NCBI GenBank assembly: GCA_014905635.1
Contig: CM026548.1
Coordinates: 1,550,001 to 1,591,435, forward strand
Direction: 5' to 3'
Source of the DNA: Scenedesmus sp. PABB004
Taxonomy: Eukaryota
DNA length: 41,435 nucleotides
A program made the translations under genes and the position numbers. Under the pieces are notes generated by a model. It was not told the origin of the DNA. It made no database searches and saw only the letters and a list, made by a program, of their open reading frames with translations. Each line of letters begins with the position of its first letter. Position 1 is the first letter of the stretch. Below, piece by piece: positions 12,150 to 23,500 of this stretch.

Positions 12150-15100
12150 GGTCAGGGCCGGCCGTCAAGGGCAGCACGCGACGGGGCAAAGGCAAAGGCC
12201 GCGCGGCGCGCGCGCGCACGCACGGCTGCACTGGGCGGAGCTGGTGGCGCCAACGTCCTCGGTGGTCCGGCCCAGGCTGCAGGCCGTGCAAGGGTTTGCG
12301 GTGCCGGCAGCGTACGCTGCCGTCGCATTGCGGAAGGTCCCTGCGCGCGTGCATGCACGGCGGCGGCCGGGCGTCGGAGCGCAGCCGGTGCGCAGCAGGG
12401 GGTGCCCGCGCGCCGCTGCAGCCCTTCACTCAGCCCTGCGCAGCCGGGCGGCGCTCGCGCACCCGCGGGGCAGGGCAGGACCTCGTAGGCGGTGCCGGCG
12501 CCGCCGGCGGGGTCGTAGTAGCCGTAGCCCAGCTCGAGCTGGCTGCAGTCGGCCACGCTGTCGCGGTTGGTGTTGTTCACACCCGCCGCGGCAAGCGTCG
12601 TGGTGCCGACGGGGCAGGCCTTGCACCTGGGGGGAGGGGGAAAGGGGGAGCGGAGCGGTGAGGGGCGCGGCCGGCGCGAGCGCGCGGGGACGTGCGCCGC
12701 CGGCGGGCGTGGCGTGCGCCTGCACGCGCGGCGCACCTCTCGGTCGGCTCGATGGTGCCGTCGTTGTAGGTGCCCTGCGGGCAGACGAGCGCCACTCCGC
12801 CGCTCACGCCAGTGCCAGGGGTGGCGTAGCAGGCGTCGAGCGAGGTGAAGCCGCCGTTGGCCTGGGCCGAGGCAGGGCTGTTGGCGCCCGAGGTGGTGCC
12901 GCCCGGGCAGGAGCTGGCAGCGGCGAGGCAAGGGGGGAGGGGAGCGGGTTGGTGAGTTAACGCAGCGAGTGAGGCAAGCGAGGCCGTGGCGGGCGCGGGC
13001 GCCTGCCGGGGGGCCGCCCACGCGCGCGAGTCGCGGCAGCCCTGCGGGCGCCCGCACACCTGCAGGGGATGGCGCTGAGGCCGTAGGTCGTCGCGTTGAC
13101 GCCGTACGTGCCGGCGCCGCACAGCACGGCCCTGAACACGGGCGCGGCGTTGCTGGAGGACGCGGTCTGGACAACGCCGTAGCCCGGCAGGATGTCTGCG
13201 TCGACGCGGGGCGTGGCGGCGGCGGGTGAGGCGCGTGCGCTGGCTCGTGCAAGCATGCGCGGCGCCCGCCCCCCCCCCCCTTCCCCCCCTGGCTCCGCAC
13301 AGCTCGGTCGCGCCAGCACTCACAACAGGATGAGGCCGTGCGCGCGACGAGCTCCACCGTCTCGGTGAGCGCGCCGTTGGCGTCGGCCGTGACCACCGCC
13401 AGGGGCTCCAGCTTGTCGGAGGTGATGCCGTCGCCGCAGAGCTGGCAGGCGATGTCGGTGGCGTCGCTGGCGGGGCGCACCCAGTCAGGCCGGAAGGAGC
13501 CGGCAGCGCAGGGAGTGCTCGTGCTGCCGGACACAGAGTAGCCAGGCGGCACCACTGCGGCGGCGGCGGCGGTGAGTGAATGCTTGACAGGGCCGTGCGC
13601 GGCGGCAGGTCACCGCGGCAGGGCAGCGCAGCAGCGCGCGACACGCACTGCAGTCGGAGAGGCTCTTCGCGCCGACGGAGCGCGTCCACATGCCGCGAGG
13701 GCACGCGGTCTTGCCCGCGTTGGCGGCAGGGGTCTGGGCGCCGCCCGGGCAGTACGACTTCTGGGGGCACAGCGATGTCGAGTTGTTAGACATGAAGTAG
13801 TAGGTCGGCAGCAGCACTGGGGGGGGGGGGGGGGGGGTGAGACGGAGAGCGGGCGAGGGCGCGCAGCGCGGTCAGATCTGGGCCGCGCCGGCGTCGGCAC
13901 GCCAGCCGGCATGCGCTTTGCTGCCATGGAGAGCGCCCAGCCCGCACCGTTGCAGTCGGTGGCAGCGGTGCTGCCGGCTGCCGCGGTCGTGACGCCGCGG
14001 GGGCACTTGGTGCACAGCACAGCGCCAGCGTTGGGGTCGACAAAGTTGGACTGCCACTCGCCCTTGGGGCAGCGCGCGGCGCCAGTGGAGGGCGACCAGA
14101 AACGGCCGGGGGCGACCTCTGCGAGGGACGAGGAGCGGGACGAGGAGCGGGGCATCAGAGGGCAAGCGGGGCAGGGGGGGGGGGCAAACCGCGCAGCATC
14201 GAGCGCGCCGCCGGGCCGCAGAGCGCGTCAGCCACTCACTGCACACGGCCGACGAGGTGCGGTCCTTGGGCAGTGTGGTCCCATCGGTCTTCAGGCCCTT
14301 GGGGCAGGGCGTGCAGGCGGCCTGGCGGCGGTAGCCGACAGAGAAGGTGTTGGCGGGGCACGGCTGCGCGGTCGGGTCGTTGGCAGTCGTGCCCTTGATG
14401 TAGGAAAAGCCAGGCTTGTTCACTGGGGGAGATGCGAGCCGCGGGCAGGGTGAGGTGCTGCTCAGGCACTGCCAAAGGCACCGCCCCGCTGGCTGCGCAG
14501 CCGGGCACGCTGTGCAGCGCCGCACTCACCGCAGCTGGTGCGCGAAGCGGAGCGATCGCCGCGCGTGGTCAGGCCAAAGGTTGAGGCGGTCTCCGCGGAG
14601 CCCGGGTCGGCAGCGGCGTTGTAGTTGCACGAGATGCGGCCCACCGCAGCAGCCGACTCCGTGGCCGTGCCGCCAGGGCTGCGGCAGCGGCGCGCAGCAC
14701 AACACGGTCAGCGCTGGGTGCGCGCGCGCGCGCAGCGTGAGGTCAGGTGGCGTGAGCTGCGCCGCGCGCTGCTCACCAGTAGAAGCCAATACCGCACTCA
14801 GTGCAGGACGAGCCGCTGAGGTAGAAGCCCGGCCGGCAGCCGCAGCTGCCATCCCTCGCGGGGACGCGGTTGTTGTCGCACTTGAGGCAGCGGAAGCCTC
14901 CCTGCGTCGCGGCCGGCACGCACGACCCCGCGTCCGTCGAGCAGCCGTCCGGGCAGCTGTCCTGGTCGCCCTGCAGCAGGCGCCTGCCCGAGGCTGCGGT
15001 GGCAGGAGGGTGGAGGGGCGGGTTGCGTCAAGGCGGCCTCCGCGGTCAAGCCGCCCGCGAGGCTGCTGCAGCGCGCTGCGCGGCGTACGCGCGGCGCCAT

Positions 15101-15204
15101 CGGTGTGTGCGGCACCCCAGACACGCACCGCTGGCCGCGGCGGGGGCCGCGAGCGCGAGCAGCGCCAGCAGGAGCAGCCCGGCGAGGCGCGTGGAGGGCG
15201 GCAT
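11177..15204 (-). CDS. Secreted Cys-rich repeat protein with two PAN/apple-like domains, paralog 3 (multi-exon)
   Basis: MPPSTRLAGLLLLALLALAAPAAASG signal peptide; GRRLLQ-CPDGC; VNKPGFSY...CPANTFS; CPQKSYCPGG; CPQGTYND; SLEACVAACTDNCEYVSYNY; SVSDCLNRCTDSTDCAAVHF; stop at 11177. Confidence 0.88.
12100..12147. repeat. (CGG)16 microsatellite in an intron of paralog 3
   Basis: Direct reading; lies just before a splice acceptor on the minus strand. Confidence 0.9.
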
Positions 15205-15225
15205 GGCTGCGCTCGCTGCGCGCGT
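14234..15225. repeat. ~1-kb near-identical direct repeat, copy A (exons 1-4 and introns of paralog 3)
   Basis: Matches 19025-20024 (offset 4791-4799, one 8-bp intronic indel). A further 76-bp identical upstream block is at 15294-15369 versus 20095-20170. Confidence 0.95.
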
Positions 15226-16077
15226 GGGGGAGGGTGTGCGCAGAATTGTGGAGACCTGAATGTGCCGCGGGACTATAAGGGGGCTTGTAGCGCCCTTCCG
15301 AGCCTGGTGCAGTGAACGCCGGGGCAGCTGCCATCGCAGGCCAGCCCTGCCCGGCCGGGCGTGCGGCAGCCCCGGGCGCCAGTTCGGCCATAACTGGTTC
15401 TTGAAGACATCATATTGTAGCGTGTACAGGCGCACGCGAGGCCGCAGGTGCAGCGCGCGCGGCGGGGGAGGGCCCCGAAGTCGCGCGTGGGCAGGAGTCG
15501 CCATTCTCGGCGTGTGAGACCCCTCGGCGCGCCGTACCGCACGGAGTAGAGCCACACCTCGCCACGAGAGTGCTGCGCGGGCAGCTTTTGTGGCTGGCTG
15601 GCCCCAGCAGCAGTTCAGCCGCCGCGGCCGACGTTGCGCCGGCGTGCGATCGCAGAGGCGCCACTGGGCGCGCCTAGTCCGCTGGGAGTGTTGTATCGGA
15701 GCTGATGCCACAGGCGTGCGCTGCTCAGCGGTCCACTGGCGTGTGCTGCTGAGCAATCCGCTGGCTGGCGCGGGGGCGGCGGTCGCTGTCGCACGGATCT
15801 GTGCTCGGCGGCGGTCCACCTTTACCGCGCAACAACAGCAGTAGCACAGTCTAGCTCCAGCCACCGGACACGCCAGGTGTCAGCGGCGGTTTGATTGTTT
15901 AAGGAAATGGTTCAAGGGCGGAGCGCCGAGCACAGCGGCCGCCTATACCAACCAGGGGGGCCAACAGCTTGGCCGCCAACAGCTTAAGCATGCGCCCCCA
16001 AACCCCCCAAGCGCACAAGCTTTCTTGCCCCCAGCCACAACGCGCGCGCGGTCGGCCACCGTCGGAGCAGCAGCTCC

Positions 16078-19000
16078 TCACGCCACGGCGGTGGGGATGA
16101 TCAGGCTCGCGAGCGTGTCGGCCCGCGTGCGCACCAGCGACCGCCACGTGGTGGCCACGTCAAACGTGCCGCGGCGCAGCGAGCAGGAGTTGACCCGCTC
16201 TGCCCAGGTCGTGGCGGTCCCGCTGACGTCGCCAAACCAGACCGCCGCGCAGTCGGAGCTGTCGGTGCAGGTGTCGAGGCAGCTCGCGACAAACGTCGCG
16301 CCCGCCTGGCCGTTGGGCCGCGTGATGTTCTGCTGCTGCACACCAACCGTGGCGCCGTTGGCGGCCTGCCACCAGGAGAAGAGCCCGGAGCCCTGGTCCA
16401 TGGGCGACGCGGCGCGCAGGCGCCGCCGGCCCGAGGCGTCGCTGGTGGGCATGATCTTGTAGGCCACGCGCGTCAGCGCCCTGCACGCACGGGCGGGCAG
16501 GGGGGTCGGACGGGAGCGCGCGGTGCGCGGCGGCGGCGGCGGCGGCGGCCGCCGCCGCGGGCAGCGCGTCAAGGCAGGGCGCGGCAGCACCCTGCGCGCA
16601 GCGCGCGGGCCACGCACGCCGTCGTCGGGTGGGCATACAGGTAGCAGCGCGCCGCGCCGGCGCCGGCATAGTTGTAGCTGATGAAGGCGCAGGTGCCGGT
16701 GCACGACGCGACGCAGCCGGTCAGGGTCGCGTGGCAGGCGTCGGTGGCGTTTGAGCTGCAGGCCGCGAGCTCGTTGGCCGCCACGTTGGTGGCCAGGTTC
16801 CAGTTGCCGTCAACGACCTGCGCAAACGCGACCAGGCACTGGCTGATGTCGCTCGCGCCGCCCGGCGCGACCGTGGCGGGGGTGAAGGCGTTGTTGGTGC
16901 CGCCGCTGAAAAAGGTGAAGACGTTGCTCGCGCTCGGGCAGGCCGCGCACGCGTAGTCGCCCGCGGAGCGCCACACCGAGCCAAATGTCGCGCTCGCGCC
17001 GGAGCCGCCGCCGCACGCGGCGCACACGCTCGGGGCGGTGCCGGTGGGCCGGGTGCCGGCAGGGATGGTGGTGCCGATGACGCCAGTGCCGGCAGGGCAC
17101 ACTGCGGGCGCGGCCACGGGCGTGGCGCGCGCAGCACTCAGCGAGCGGTCTGCGCCGCATGGGGCCTGCCAGGCCCTGCCAGCCGCGCCACTGGCAGCAG
17201 TGGCAGCATGGGCGCTGCACGGCCCCGCTCACCCGTGCACTCGGCGTCGCTTGTGGCGCCCGTGGACCCGCCCAGCGTCGTGCTGCCGCCGGGGCAGGCG
17301 GTGCAGGTCTGGTTGCCGGTGCTCCAGGTCCGGACGCCGCCCGCGACGGTGAACAGGGGCGTCGCGCCGTCGGTGCTCCTGAAGGTGCCGGCGGGGCAGG
17401 CAATGACGTTGCCCGCGGTCGTGTACGCGTAGCCCAGGTCCAGGTAGGCGCAGTCGTCGGCGCTGTCGCGGTTGACGTTGCCGGTGCCCGCCGCGGCGAG
17501 CGTCGTGGTGCCGACGGGGCAGGCCTTGCACCTATGGGGGGGGGGGCGAGCGCGGAGCAGGAAAGGAGCTGGTGAGCGGCGCGCGCGGCCCATTGTATGG
17601 GCGTGGCATGGGCCTGCACGCGGGCGCACTTGTCGGTGGGATCGGTGGTGCCGTCATTCCAGGTGCCCTTGCCGCAGGGCAGCGCGATGCCGCCACTCAT
17701 GCCGGTGCCGGCGGGCACGACGCACGCCTCGGGCGAGGTGTAGCCGGCGGGCGCGATGGTGCTGGCGGGGCTGATGCCTGCGCCCGTGCTCGTGCCGGTT
17801 GGGCAGCTGGTGCAGGGCTTGGAGTCGAGGCCGTAGGCGGTATTGGGCACGCCAAAGCTGTTGCTGTTGCAGTTGACCGCGCGGTACGAAGGGCTGCCGC
17901 CGGCCGCAGAGTTGGCGGTCTGCACGATCCCCTGGCCAGCCTCAATGTCTGCGCGCGCAGGCGGGCGCCGACGTCGCGCGGCGTGAGCGCGGGGAGCGGC
18001 CGAGCCGGCCGCGGCGGCGAGGCACGCTGCGGCCGCGCGCGCGCAGCGAAACTCACAGCACGCGGCGGTCGACCTGGCCACAAGCTTGACCGTCGGCACG
18101 CCGTTGCCGCTGTCGGCGAGTGCAAACTCGTTGAGGGGCTCTGTGGCCGCTGAGCTGATGCCCGAGCCGCAGGGAGTGCAGGCGAGCGCGGTGGGGTCCG
18201 CCCGGTCGAGCCACTCGGACTGGTACGTGCCCGCGCCCGTGGTGCTGGGGCAGACCGTGACGGTGCCGCCCACGCTGGGCAGGTAGTGGCCGGGCGGCAC
18301 CTCTGCAGCGTGCATCGACGGCCGTGGCGGCGGGCGGCGGTCAGGGCTGCGCGCTGGGGCCGAGGGCGGTGCTCGGGCACGGCGGCTAGCCGTGGCGCGC
18401 CACTCACGGCACTCTGAGTCCGCCGAGGCGCCCAGGCCGCGCGTCCACATGCCGTTGGGGCACGCGGTGCGGCCGTTGTTGTCGGCCCTGGCGGGCAGGC
18501 TGCCCTCGGCTGTTGCCAGGCCGCCCGGGCAGTAAAACTTCTGTGCACACTGCGTGGGAACGATGTTGCCGCCCACATTCGTCCACTGGTAGCCCGGCAG
18601 CAGCACTGTGAGCAGGCAAGGGGTGCGCGGGGCACACACGCCGTGAGAGTCCGCGCAACGAGAGCAGGGCAACGATCGCGCGCCACGCCAGCCGCCAAGG
18701 CGGAGGCGCGCGAGCCGGCTTCCAACTGCAGTGCCGCCGCCGCCGCCGTTGGGACCAACCTTTGCAGTCGACGTCACTTGTCTTGCCGGGGCTGACGGTG
18801 GTGCTGCCGCGGACGCACTTTGAGCACTGGTCGGAGCTGCTGCCAGGGACGTCCCAGTTGGCACGGAACTCACCCTTGGGGCAGCGCGTGGCGCCCGTCG
18901 ACAGCGACCAGTAGCGACCGGGCTCGACCACTGCGAGGAGGCAAGGGAGGTAAGAGGGGGGAATGAAATGTGCGGGCGCGCAGCGCGGGCAGCGCAGCGA

Positions 19001-20003
19001 GGGCAGCGCACGGGTGGCGGCGCAACTCACTGCACACGGCCGACGAGGTGCGGTCCTTGGGCAGTGTGGTCCCATCGGTCTTCAGGCCCTTGGGGCAGGG
19101 CGCGCAGGCGGCCTGGCGGCGGAAGCCAATAGAGAAGGTGTTGGCGGGGCACGGCTGCGCGGTCGGGTCGTTGGCAGTCGTGCCCTTGATGTAGGAAAAG
19201 CCAGGCTTGTTCACTGGGGGAGATGCGAGCCGCGGGCAGGGTGAGGTGCTGCCCAGGCACTGCCAAAGGCACCGCCCCGCTGGCTGCGCAGCCGGGCACG
19301 CTGTGCAGCGCCGCACTCACCGCAGCCGGTGCGGAATGGGGAGCGAGTGCCGCGCGTGGTCAGGCCAAAGGTTGAGGCGGTCTCCGCGGAGCCCGGGTCG
19401 GCAGCGGCGTTGTAGTTGCACGAGATGCGGCCCACCGCAGCAGCCGACTCCGTGGCCGTGCCGCCAGGGCTGCGGCAGCGGTGCAGCGGCGCGCAGCGCA
19501 ACGCGCTCAGCGCTGGGCGCGCGCGCGCGCGCAGCGTGAGGTCAGGTGGCGTGAGCTGCGCCGCGCGCTGCTCACCAGTAGAAGCCAATACCGCACTCAG
19601 TGCAGGACGAGCCGCTGAGGTAGAAGCCCGGCCGGCAGCCGCAGCTGCCATCCCTCGCGGGGACGCGGTTGTTGTCGCACTTGAGGCAGCGGAAGCCTCC
19701 CTGCGTCGCGGCCGGCACGCACGACCCCGCGTCCGTCGAGCAGCCTTCCGGGCAGCTGTCCTGGTCGCCCTGCAGCAGGCGCCTGCCCGAGGCTGCGGTG
19801 GCAGGAGGGTGGAGGGGCGGGTTGCGTCAAGGCGGCCTCCGCGGTCAAGCCGCCCGCGAGGCTGCTGCAGCGCGCTGCGCGGCGTACGCGCGGCGCCATC
19901 GGTGTGTGCGGCACCCCAGGCACGCACCGCTGGCCGCGGCGGGGGCCGCGAGCGCGAGCAGCGCCAGCAGGAGCAGCCCGGCGAGGGGCGTGGGGGGCGG
20001 CAT
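16078..20003 (-). CDS. Secreted Cys-rich repeat protein with two PAN/apple-like domains, paralog 4 (multi-exon)
   Basis: MPPPTPLAGLLLLALLALAAPAAASG; same module order as paralog 3; CAQKFYCPGG, CGKGTWND, TLTGCVASCTGTCAFISYNY, FVASCLDTCTDSSDCAAVWF; stop at 16078. Confidence 0.88.
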
Positions 20004-20024
20004 GGCTGCGCTCGCTGCACGCGC
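19025..20024. repeat. ~1-kb near-identical direct repeat, copy B (exons 1-4 of paralog 4)
   Basis: See 14234-15225. Confidence 0.95.
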
Positions 20025-20506
20025 GGTAAGGCTGATTGCGCGTGCGCATGTGCACTCAAACGAGCTAGGCTGGAGATTCGGAGCGAGTCGCCGACCTTCC
20101 GAGCCTGGTGCAGTGAACGCCGGGGCAGCTGCCATCGCAGGCCAGCCCTGCCCGGCCGGGCGTGCGGCAGGCCCAGGCGCCCGTTCGTGTGGCTCTCTGG
20201 CTGTAGCACGCCCTGCACTACCGTGTTCACGCGCTCGCGAGGCGACCGGTGCACCGTGCGCGGCCCCGAGCGCGGCTGCTTTTTTGGGACAGCCCGCAGG
20301 TCACCGGCGCTGCGCCGCTGCCCCTGCTGCGTGGCCCGACAGCCCGAAGGCTAGCCCTAGGCATCGGGGCGCACGCTGCAGCTCACCCGCTGGCCTCAGA
20401 CGGCAGCGCACGCTGCCGAGTCCCATCGCTGTCCATCGCTCCCCTCCGTGCCGCGCCATGCGCGCATCGCGGGAGCTCTGAGCAGAGTACGCCGCACGCT
20501 TGCGTC
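20004..20506. promoter_or_regulatory. Probable bidirectional promoter between paralogs 4 and 5
   Basis: Head-to-head ATGs at 20003 (-) and 20507 (+), about 500 bp apart; positional inference only. Confidence 0.5.
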
Positions 20507-23500
20507 ATGGGCTACCGAACGGCGCCGCGCCTGCTGCTGGCGCTGGCCTTGATGGCCGCCGCGGCGCGCCCAGACGTGCTCGCCGCCGCGCCGCGCCGTG
20601 CGGAGCGCGGTGGCGGCAGCGACCTGCCGGGTGCGGGTGACGGCGGATTCAGTCGATGGGTGGGGCTACCGCTGCAGGCGCGAGAGCTGAGCGCCCCCGC
20701 CGCGCCGCTCGCAGGCCGCGCGCTGCTTCAGCAGACGAGCTGCCCAGACGGCTGCGACACCGGCGCTGCTGGCGCCTGCGTCATCGACAGCACGGCCGGC
20801 GACTTTCGCTGCACGCAGTGCGCGAACAACCGCACGCCCGCCACCGACGGCAGCTGCGGTGGGTGCCGCTGCAGCCGCCGCGCCGCACGTGCCGCCGCGC
20901 CCTGCCGCCGCTGGCGGCGTGATGCGCTGGCGAGCGTCGAGCGCGCCGCCGCCACTGCTGCTGTCGCCGCCGCTGCTGCTGCGAGCAGGCTGCAAGCCAG
21001 GCAGGTTCCTGGCCGCCGGACCGCCGCGGCGCTGCGAGCTGTGCCCCGCGGGCAGCTGGTGCCCAGGCGGAAGCGAGACACAGTCGGTGGCAACGGCGTG
21101 CAGCACCGTGGCCGCCGGCCTCACCACGCGGGGCCCGGGGGGCTCCTCGCAATCCGAATGCGGTGAGGCCCAGCGGGGACGCGCCTGCCCATCCTCTGCG
21201 CGCGCGCGCAGGCTGCCGTCCCGACGACCAGGCCGCCGCGCACCGCGCGCTCACCGCGCGCGCGCGCCGCTTTCCCTGCAGTGAATGCGCCGGGCTACAG
21301 CTACAGCGTCGGCGTCAGCGGCGTGCTGAGCGTGCAGCCCTGCCCAGCCGACACCTACTCGACTGGCTTCCGGCGCCAGCCACGCTGCACGCCCTGCTCG
21401 CGGGGCCTGAAGACTGAAACCACCGGCGTCGACACCAACCGGACGTCGGCTGACGTGTGCCGTGAGTGCAGCTGCTTTGGCCCAGGCCGCTCGGATGCAG
21501 GCTGCAGGCGGATGCGCCAGCGCAACGCGTGGCCGGCGCTTACCATGCAACTGCGCTGGCCGTGCCGCAGGGGTCCCACCGGGCTGGCGCTGGGGCGTCA
21601 ACTCGGCCGTCCGGTGCCCACGCGGGACGTTCCGCGCGGGCTGGGCGGCGCGTGGAGAGGCGGCGGCAAGCTGCGCGGCGTGCAGCACCGGCACCACGAG
21701 CCCTGGCGTCGGCGGCACCAGCTGCTCAGGTGCGAGCGCGGGGCGCCAGGGCGGGCTGCGGGGCCAGGCAGCCTGCCGCGTTGCTGTGCGCGCTGTCGCG
21801 CCTGGGCAGCACTGACGCTGGCTGGGCTGTGCCAACAAGCCGCGCTGCCATGCGCAGCCGTGGAGCCGGGCTTTTACTGGCTGGACAGCTCCACCGTGGC
21901 GGCGTGCCCGCTGCGCAGCTACTGCCCCGGCTCGTCCGCCACGCCAGCGCCAGGCGTGGGCCGCTTTGCCTGCGACACTGTGCGCCTGGGCCTGTGGACC
22001 AAGGGCACGGGCACCAACTCGTCAGCTGGCTGCCGTGAGTGGCGCCTGCCGCGCGTGGCGGGGCTGCTGCCAGGCGCAGGTCGCGCGCGCACCGCCGCAC
22101 GTGCACCCACGGCGCGGCGGTGCCCGTCTGGCCAAGCCCTGCAGCCCACCCTGCCGCCGCCCGGCCGTACTCGCGCAGTGATTCCACCGGGCTACGGCGT
22201 GGACGGCGGGGCGGTGGTGAAGTGCAGCAACAACGTGGGCGGGCAGGGCTTCTACCAGCCCGACTGGCTGCCCGCGCTCTCGACCGCGCCCTGCAAGCCG
22301 TGCGGGCCCGGCATCCTCTCGGAAGACAGGGAGCTCACGGGCGCGGCCGGCGAGCCCGGGCTGGTCCCTCGCACCGCCAACGTGTCCTGCTGTGAGTGCG
22401 CCGCGCCCAACCCTGCGCCAGCGAGCGCCGCTGGGGCCGAGCGCTGCGCGCGCCTTGGTGGCGCCACAAAGGCGCGCTCAGCCGCAGCGCCCACGCCGCG
22501 GCGCGCATGCGGCCTGCCCAGCTCGTTGCGCCGCCTGCCGCCGACCGCCGCAGACATCACGGTCGGTCAGAGCATGGTGAGCTCGCCCGCGCAGGACGTG
22601 ACAGCGCTGAGCCCCGTCCCACCCTTCCGCGGCGCGAGGTGCAGCGGCAGCAGCCAGTTCAGCCTGGTCGCCGCGGGCGTGCGGCGCTACGGGCTGTCGC
22701 CCCTGCGCTGCGGGGAGTGCACGCGCGGCACGTTTGTGGGCAGCCCCTCCGCCAGCGGCAACATCGGCCTCGCCTCCTGCAGCACCCTGGTTGCTGGGTA
22801 CGGGTACGACCCCGCCGCCGGCACGCTGGATGCGGCGGTCAGCAGCACCAAGCTCTGCCCAGGTGCGCGCGGGGAGCGGGCCAACAAGGGGCGCGGCGGG
22901 GCCTGGCCGAGCCGCAGCCGGGGCGCGCATGCCCCCCCCCTCGCCCCGCGTGCTCATGCTGGCCACATGGCCGCACGCGCCGCCCCGCAGCGAGCAGCAC
23001 CAACGCGGTCGCCAACGCCACGATCAACGTCGGTGGCACCAGCTGCGTGTGCGTGGCGGGCACCGGCGCCTACACCTTTGCCTCCGGCTGCAGCGCGTGC
23101 AGCAGCGGGACCTACAGTGCGGGCGGCACCACTGCGGCCTGTACGGCGTGCGGGCTCAACGCCGGCACCAGCGCGCTGCCGCGCACCTCGCCCAGTGACT
23201 GCTCGTGCAACGTGGGCTACGTGGGCTATGCGGCCGGCAGCGGCTGCACCACGTGCGCGACAGGCTACTACAGCTCCAGCAGTAGCCCCTTCACCTGCGC
23301 CGCGTGCAGCGCCGACAGGACCACCACCGGCCCGGGCACAGGCGGCATCGCGTCGTGCGGTGAGCGGCGCCGCTGCCACCCCCGCTGCGCGCGCGGGTGG
23401 CGACGCCGGACCACTGCTTTTGTGTGCGGCCAGCATGAGCGGTCGCTCATGCTCGTCGCGCCGCTGCGCGCGCGCCCGCAGTGTGCCCCGCCGGCACGGG

